This document shows, one piece after another, positions 35,543 to 41,899 of a stretch of DNA of 41,899 nucleotides (the stretch's first letter is position 1; each line of letters opens with the position of its first letter). A model generated the notes under the pieces. That model searched no databases, had not been told where the DNA came from, and saw only the letters and a list, made by a program, of their open reading frames with translations. The DNA comes from Massalongia carnosa. Lineage: Eukaryota. Location: positions 1,984,001-2,025,899 of the forward strand of contig OZ287080.1 in NCBI GenBank assembly GCA_965645245.1, in the 5' to 3' direction. The position numbers and the translations under genes were made by a program.

Positions 35543-36908
35543 TGTAAGAACCCTTATCCAGGGAAGACGAATAGTAGTCAGCTACCTAAGAGACTAAGAA
35601 TGAAGAAGAGAAATCTATCTACAAAGAAGAATGTGAAATCTATATGCCCGTTTGCCCTTCTTCTCGAAGTTTCCATCCGGCTCTAGAAGCTTATCTCCGA
35701 AGCTTCGGTCGGAAAAAGCCGTTGGATTTAGCGCTCCCACACCCGAGTCCTGACACTACCCCCCCTCTTGGTTAGCGAGCTCCTGATCGCTGTCATGTGA
35801 TTAGCTTCGGTCGCGGCTTCTTTGGATATTTCCGATGATATTCTTCCAGAGTTTATTTTGAATTCGCAAAATCTTCGGCCGGATACCATGTGTTATCCGG
35901 TGGGTAATTGCTCCATTTTACCTTGTATTGTAGCTTCTTGTTGAAAGTTCTTGAATCCAAAATATCATCAATTTCAAATTCTTCCTCGTTGTCAATAATT
36001 ACCGGTGGTGGAGGCGGGGGTATTTGTCCGGGCAATGGGTTTTTACTTGCTGGTCAGAGTAATGATGAATGGAAAACATCGTGTATTTTCATCGATGCTG
36101 GAAGATCTAACTTACAGCTATTCCCCAAAGCTTTTAATATCTTGTACGGTCCGATCATCTTATGATCTAGCTTTTTCGAAGGCCTTTCCGTTTTGATATT
36201 TTTGGTTGATAGCCAAACTTCATCTCTTTCATTATAGGTTGGTGTCTCCTCCCGATGATCGTCCGCGAATCTCTTCTGACTTTCTTGGCTTCGTACTAGG
36301 TTTTCTTTTCCGAATTCCAAGATTTTCTCCATTGCTTGGCCGATATTTTTTGCTCGAGTTTTCAATATTCTTTCTCTGGCCGATCCGGTAGATGCGTCAA
36401 TCGGATAGAAGCTCATCCTCGGTTCAAACCCATAGTTGACCTGAAATGGAGATAATCTACTTGAAGCTAAGACACAGGCATTTGATGCGAACTCGGCCAT
36501 CGATAGCCACTCTGTCCAGTCATCTTGCTGATAATTGACATAGGTTCTCAGATATCGCTGCATTTCTTGATTGGATATTTCGCTTTGACCGTCGGTCTCG
36601 GGATGGAATGCGGTTGATTACTTGGCTTTTATTCCCAGCATTACGCATAGCGATTTCCATACTAGCGATACGAATTGAGGTCCCCTATCTGAGATTATCG
36701 TGGTCGGTAGGCCATGCAATTTCCATACATGTTTTATTAGCACTCGGGCCGTCTCTTCGGCAGTTGTCCCTTCTCCGTCCCTGGTGTATGGAATGTAATG
36801 ATACATCTTGGAAAATCGGTCTACTACCATTAATATTGCATTATGACCTTTGCTTCCAGGTAGGCCAGTTACGAAATCCATTGATATATCTGTCCAGGGC
36901 CGGTCTGG
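35543..36908 (-). mobile_element. Truncated Gypsy chromovirus (3' LTR 35543-35755, PPT, integrase and chromodomain remnant)
   Basis: TGTAAG...[42 protein letters not shown] and FEIDDILD...YKVKW with frameshifts. Confidence 0.9.
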
Positions 36909-37028
36909 GTTAGGGTTAGGGTTAGGGTTAGGGTTAGGGTTAGGGTTAGGGTTAGGGTTAGGGTTAGGGTTAGGGTTAGGGTTAGGGTTAGGGTTAGGGT
37001 TAGGGTTAGGGTTAGGGTTAGGGTTAGG
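36907..37028 (+). repeat. Telomeric repeat (TTAGGG)20
   Basis: Perfect array with the G-rich strand running away from the fungal sequence, as expected for a right chromosome end. Confidence 0.97.
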
Positions 37029-37586
37029 ATCCTGCGCCTCGACCGGAATGCCAGGCACACCCACCTTCGTAGCGGCACGCGCTATGCTCTTTCCTCCAGC
37101 CTCGACGAACGTCACGAAGATCACCGACAGCTCTCCCGTTGCAGCTACGGTCAGCGCCTGGCGCAGGACACGTTGCTTCACCGGTGCATCCACGAAGACC
37201 ACGACCACGTGCGTCGATTTCATCCGCTTCACCACCGCCGCCGCACTGATCGCTCCCGCCACGTATTGCGAAGCATCGTCGAAGCCGGGCAACAAAGTCC
37301 GGGCGCGGCCTGCGACGATCTCGTCCAAGCCATCCCCGCGCAGCCAGGCCGAACCCGCCCTGCCCGCCTGATCGACGACAAAGTCTCCCGCCTCCAAACT
37401 CAGCAGCACCGCCGCACGGCAGGCCTCCTGGCCTTCCCGCGGCGACCGCTTGCCCTCCCCGCGCCGCTTGGCCAGGTGCGCTTCCAGCAGTCGCGACTCC
37501 ACCATGCCCGCGTACATTCGCTTCATCAGCGCGAACGGCACCAGCGGGTTCTCACGCAAAGCGACCTTGGCAACTTTGTCCGCCAA
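37029..37586 (-). CDS. Bacterial TPP-dependent dehydrogenase E1 alpha-like protein, 3'-truncated at the junction
   Basis: [17 protein letters not shown] and [11 protein letters not shown]; lies directly downstream of aceE; GC-rich codon usage. Confidence 0.7.
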
Positions 37587-37589
37587 CCG

Positions 37590-40256
37590 CTACGCCCTCG
37601 CCGGATCGACCGCTTCGGTATCCAGTCCCAGATCGACCAGCGCCTTCTGCGCCAGCTTGGCTTTGAACTTGCCCTCGCGCGCCAGCTTCGTGAGCGTCGC
37701 GCCGACGATCGATTCCGCATTCACCTCGAAGTGCCGCCGCAGGTGCTCCCGGTTGTCCGACCGCCCAAATCCATCCGTGCCGAGCGTAACTAGCCGTCCT
37801 GCGAGCCAGGGCGCGAGCGTATCCGGCAGCGACTTCATATAGTCGCTCGCCGCGATAATCGGCCCCGCCGTCCCGGTGAGCGCAACCTGGAGATAGCTCT
37901 TCCGCTCGGGCTCCGCCGGATGCAGCCGGTTCCAGCGCTCCACCGCCAGAGCTTCCCGCCGGACCTCCGTATAGCTCGGCACACTCCACACATCCGTCTG
38001 CACCTGGTACTTCTCGGCCAGGATGGTCTGCGCACGCAGCACCTCGTTCAGGATCGGCCCACTCCCAAACAGCTGGGCCACCGCCGCTCCGCTCGTCGCA
38101 GGTTTCAGCTTGTACAGGCCCTTGAGGATACCCTCAGCCGAGCCTTCCGGCATCGCGGGCATCGCATAATCTTCGTTGTACATCGTGATGTAGTAGAAGA
38201 CATCCTCGCCCTTCTCATACATCCGCCGGGTGCCGTCCTGGATCACGACCGCCAGCTCATAGGCGTACGCCGGATCGTAGCTCACGCAGGTCGGCACCGT
38301 GCTCGAAAGCACAAGGCTGTGCCCATCCTGATGCTGCAAGCCCTCACCAAGCATCGTCGTTCGGCCAGCCGTCCCGCCCATCAGGAAGCCTTTGCCGCGC
38401 GAGTCCGCAAACGCCCACACCATATCGCCGATGCGCTGGAACCCGAACATGGCGTAGTACATATAGAAGGGAATGCACGGCACCTTGTAGTTCGTATACG
38501 CCGTGCCCGCCGCCGTAAACGAGGCCATCGAACCCGCCTCGGTAATACCTTCTTCCAGAATTTGCCCGTCCTTATCCTCACGGTAATACAGCAGCATATC
38601 CGCGTCGTGCGGGCTGTATTTCTGCCCCTCCGGCGCGTAAATCCCCACCTGGCGGATAGCCGACTCCAGCCCGAATGTTCGCCCCTCGTCCGGCACAATG
38701 GGCACGATCAGCTTGCCAAACGCGGGGTCCTTCATCAGGTGCCGCAGAATAGAGACAAAGCCCATCGTCGTCGAGACCGCGCGCTTGTTTGAGCCACCCG
38801 TCCAATCCTTGAAGTACGCGAGATCGGGAGCCTTGAAGTCGCTCTTCGGCACGGAGCGCGTCGGCAGATACCCGCCCAGCTCCGTCCGCCGGCCCTGCAT
38901 ATAGACCAGCTCTGGCGCATCCGGCGCAGGCCGGTAGAACGCCCCGTCCTTCGCCGCCTCCTCCGGGATCGGAATGTCGAAGCGCTTCACAAACGCCGCC
39001 AGCCCATCATCCGCCAGCTTCTTCTCGGAGTGCGTGGCGTTCCGCGCCTGCGCCGACCCGAGACCGTACCCCTTTACCGTCTTCGCCAGGATGACCGTCG
39101 GGCCGCCCTTGTGCTCAAGCGCCCGCTTGTAGGCGTTGTAGATCTTCGCCGGATCGTGGCCGCCGCGATGCAGCCGGGATAGCTGGTCGTCCGAGATGTC
39201 CTTCACCAGCTCCAGCAGCTCCGGGTACTTGCCGAAGAAGTTCGCCCGCAGATAGGCCCCATCCTTCGCCTTGAACGTCTGGTAGTCGCCATCGACGCAC
39301 TCCTCCATCCGCCGCAGCAGCAGCCCGGTGTGGTCGCGCGCGAAGAGCTCGTCCCAGTCCGATCCCCAGATCACTTTGATCACGTTCCAGCCCGCGCCCA
39401 GGAACATGCTCTCCAGCTCGTCGATGATGCGCTTGTTCCCGCGCACCGGTCCATCCAGCCGCTGCAGGTTGCAGTTCACCACAAAGATGAGGTTGTCCAG
39501 CTTCTCCCGCGCCCCCAGGGAGATCGCGCCCAGCGTATCCACCTCGTCCGTCTCGCCGTCCCCGACGAACGCCCAGATCTTCCGGTCCGTCTTCTCGATC
39601 AAACTGCGGTTTTCGAGGTACCGCATAAACCGCGCCTGATAGATCGCATTCAGCGGCCCAATGCCCATCGACACCGTCGGAAAGTTCCAGAAGTCCGACA
39701 TCAGCCACGGATGTGGATAGCTCGATAGCCCCGGCTCGCCGCGCAGCTCGTGCCGAAAGTTCCCCAGCCGCGCTTCATCGAACCGCCCCTCCAGAAACGC
39801 CCGCGCGTACACCCCCGGCGAAGCATGCCCTTGAAAATAGATGAAGTCTCCGGGCTGCTCTCCATACTTTGCTCTGAAGAAGTGATTGAAACCAACCTCC
39901 AGCAGCGTGGCCAGCGAGGAGTACGTCGAGATGTGCCCGCCAATCCCGGCGTCCTTCTTGTTCTGCCCATGCACCATGGCCATGGCGTTCCAGCGGATCA
40001 GTGCCTCCACCCGCCGCTCCATGTTCCGGTCGCCCGGGTACGGCACCTCATCGTGCTTGGGGATGGTGTTCCGGTACGGCGTGGTCAGCTCGCTCGGCGT
40101 CGGTACCCCGGCCTCGCGCGCCCGCTGCCTTAACGCGCTCAGCAGCTCGGCCCCATTTTCCCATCCTTCGGCCACCACATCGTCGAAGGCTTCGATCCAC
40201 TCCGCCATCTCCGCGGCGAAATCCACCTTACCTGCGACTTCCGTCTTCGTCGTCAT
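37590..40256 (-). CDS. aceE: Pyruvate dehydrogenase E1 component, homodimeric type
   Basis: GGHISTY, QGHASPG, SSYPHP, GDGETDE...NCNLQRLDG, EGLQHQDG, LGTDGFGRSD. Likely start MTTKTE at 40256. Confidence 0.96.
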   Translation of the reverse strand: MTTKTEVAGKVDFAAEMAEWIEAFDDVVAEGWENGAELLSALRQRAREAGVPTPSELTTPYRNTIPKHDEVPYPGDRNMERRVEALIRWNAMAMVHGQNKKDAGIGGHISTYSSLATLLEVGFNHFFRAKYGEQPGDFIYFQGHASPGVYARAFLEGRFDEARLGNFRHELRGEPGLSSYPHPWLMSDFWNFPTVSMGIGPLNAIYQARFMRYLENRSLIEKTDRKIWAFVGDGETDEVDTLGAISLGAREKLDNLIFVVNCNLQRLDGPVRGNKRIIDELESMFLGAGWNVIKVIWGSDWDELFARDHTGLLLRRMEECVDGDYQTFKAKDGAYLRANFFGKYPELLELVKDISDDQLSRLHRGGHDPAKIYNAYKRALEHKGGPTVILAKTVKGYGLGSAQARNATHSEKKLADDGLAAFVKRFDIPIPEEAAKDGAFYRPAPDAPELVYMQGRRTELGGYLPTRSVPKSDFKAPDLAYFKDWTGGSNKRAVSTTMGFVSILRHLMKDPAFGKLIVPIVPDEGRTFGLESAIRQVGIYAPEGQKYSPHDADMLLYYREDKDGQILEEGITEAGSMASFTAAGTAYTNYKVPCIPFYMYYAMFGFQRIGDMVWAFADSRGKGFLMGGTAGRTTMLGEGLQHQDGHSLVLSSTVPTCVSYDPAYAYELAVVIQDGTRRMYEKGEDVFYYITMYNEDYAMPAMPEGSAEGILKGLYKLKPATSGAAVAQLFGSGPILNEVLRAQTILAEKYQVQTDVWSVPSYTEVRREALAVERWNRLHPAEPERKSYLQVALTGTAGPIIAASDYMKSLPDTLAPWLAGRLVTLGTDGFGRSDNREHLRRHFEVNAESIVGATLTKLAREGKFKAKLAQKALVDLGLDTEAVDPARA

Positions 40257-40418
40257 CCACGCCCCCGCACAGCTTCCCTCTACGATACTTTGCCCAGGCA
40301 AAAACGTCATCTCGCACATCTTGCCCTGATGCATGGCAAGTTGCTCCGCTTCTGAATCTGCTTTCCTCAGTTTGGACGGGCACGGCTTCAGCCCTGCCCT
40401 TCCAAAGCTGAATGCCTT

Positions 40419-40604
40419 TTAGAACTGAAAACGATGGCTCTCCGCAAAAACATACAATGCGTAACCCATCACCCCAAGCTGAGCCGCCATCAACACACGC
40501 CGCAGCAGCCCGCCATCCCACCAGGCAAACCACAGAAAACCCAGCCCATACACCAGAGCAAGCACTCCCAACACCGCCGTCGCCACCACGCCCGCCGCGA
40601 TCAT
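40419..40604 (-). CDS. Small hydrophobic (two-TM) hypothetical protein
   Basis: 61 aa, two hydrophobic segments, co-oriented between argJ and aceE. Confidence 0.45.
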   Translation of the reverse strand: MIAAGVVATAVLGVLALVYGLGFLWFAWWDGGLLRRVLMAAQLGVMGYALYVFAESHRFQF

Positions 40605-40617
40605 CTAGTGCTTTATG

Positions 40618-41871
40618 TTACGTGGAGTAAGCGGCATTGATGCGCACATACTGCTCCGTCAGGTCGCAGGTCAGGAAGACGCACCCGGCGTCGCCCATTC
40701 CCAGGTCGAGCGCGATGGTGTACTCCCGTTGGAGCATCCGCTCATGCGTCGCCTTCTCATCGAAGTGCGGCGACCGCACCCCGCGCGCAAACACCGGCAG
40801 CCCGGCAATGGTGATGGTCGCGCCCAGTGGATCGAATTCCACCCCGGAGTATCCTGCCGCCGCCAGCAGCCGGCCCCAGTTCGGGTCGGCCGACGACCAC
40901 GCCGTCTTGCACAGCGGCGATCGGGCTATCGCTTCCGCCACCACCCTCGCCTCAGCCACCGTCCTGGCCCCGCCGATCTCGAGCGTCACCACATGGCCCA
41001 CCCCCTCGCCGTCGTCCACGATCTGGTGCGCCAGCGACCCGCACACCAGCTCCAGCGCGTTTTTGAACGCCGGCTCCACCCGCGCGTCGAGTGCGATTCC
41101 ACTCGCCCCGCTGGCCAGCAGCAGCACGGTATCGTTCGTCGAGGTGTCGCCGTCGATCGAGATCGCGTTAAAGCTTCCCTCCACCGCGGGCTGCAGCAGT
41201 GTCCTCAGTTGCGCCGCGTCGGCCACCGCGTCCGTAAACAGGTAGACCAGCATCGTCGCATGCGGAGCCGCTGCTGCCTTTCCGGCGACCGGCGCGCCGA
41301 GCCGGGGGTGGATCATGCCCGCACCCTTCGCCGCCCCCCACAGCCGCACCTCTTTGCCGTCCACGTCGATGGCCGCCCGCGCCACCTTCATCCGCGTGTC
41401 CGTGGTCAGAATGGCCGTGGCGAACAGCTCCCCGTCTTCGGCATAGGAACCCAGCGCCTCGGCCACCGCGGGCAGCGCCGCCAACACCTTCTCCGCCGGG
41501 AACGGCACTCCGATGATGCCCGTCGACGACGGCACCACCTCGTCGAAGAGGCAGCCAAACGCCTCCCCTGCCGCCACGCACGTCCGCTCGCACCCTTCAA
41601 TCCCCGCCTGCCCGGTCGCGCAGTTGGCGTTGCCTGCATTCACCAGCACCGCCGACACCCGCCCGCCGGTGGCCAGCAGATGCCGCCGCCCCACCGTCAC
41701 CGGCGCGGCGACCACCTGGTTCGAGGTGAACATCGCCACCCCCACCGCCCCCTTGGGCGCGACCGCCGCCGCCACATCCAGGTTCCCGCTCGCCTTGATC
41801 CCCGCCTTGGCCGCACCCCACAGAAAGCCAAGCGGCATGGGCGCGGGCGGCAACACTCGCTCTTCGTTCAT
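40618..41871 (-). CDS. argJ: Glutamate N-acetyltransferase / amino-acid acetyltransferase
   Basis: NAGNANC, SSTGIIG, TTDT, KGAGMIHP, ATML autocleavage motif, DGDTSTND, DGEG, DPNWGR, CDLT...Y. Confidence 0.96.
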   Translation of the reverse strand: MNEERVLPPAPMPLGFLWGAAKAGIKASGNLDVAAAVAPKGAVGVAMFTSNQVVAAPVTVGRRHLLATGGRVSAVLVNAGNANCATGQAGIEGCERTCVAAGEAFGCLFDEVVPSSTGIIGVPFPAEKVLAALPAVAEALGSYAEDGELFATAILTTDTRMKVARAAIDVDGKEVRLWGAAKGAGMIHPRLGAPVAGKAAAAPHATMLVYLFTDAVADAAQLRTLLQPAVEGSFNAISIDGDTSTNDTVLLLASGASGIALDARVEPAFKNALELVCGSLAHQIVDDGEGVGHVVTLEIGGARTVAEARVVAEAIARSPLCKTAWSSADPNWGRLLAAAGYSGVEFDPLGATITIAGLPVFARGVRSPHFDEKATHERMLQREYTIALDLGMGDAGCVFLTCDLTEQYVRINAAYST

Positions 41872-41899
41872 GGGTCTACTGTACCGGATGTATCCTGCT

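Noticed and set aside
36618..37586. 322-aa ORF fusing a bacterial E1-alpha-like protein, (PN)20 and Gypsy integrase
   Set aside because: Coincidental in-frame read-through of the telomere tract across the chimeric junction; not a gene.
37173..41821. Numerous overlapping ORFs in the bacterial part
   Set aside because: Shadow ORFs of GC-rich aceE and argJ.

Overview
Chimeric window. Positions 1-37028 are a transposon-dense ascomycete chromosome end. A pogo/Fot1-type element (~1093-16321) hosts a hAT element, a Tc1 element and an intact chromovirus (Ty3/Gypsy); the hAT itself carries a 75-bp foldback MITE, a copia-derived TRIM and a hAT MITE. Next come tandem repeats, an uncharacterised gene split by a tyrosine-recombinase (YR) retrotransposon (which carries a LINE fragment), and a ~1.4-kaa DUF3505/RecQ telomere-linked-helicase-like pseudogene with what looks like an unannotated YR catalytic domain. 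After that are a second YR retrotransposon, a second hAT copy and a truncated Gypsy capped directly by (TTAGGG)20. Positions 37029-41899 are GC-rich bacterial DNA (argJ, small membrane ORF, aceE, truncated E1-alpha-like gene; probably Acidobacteria), most likely an assembly or library chimera, possibly from a lichen or other metagenome. The best candidate for a new system is the YR-RecQ helicase fusion and its partner gene. All family calls come from motif recognition by eye; no database searches were run.
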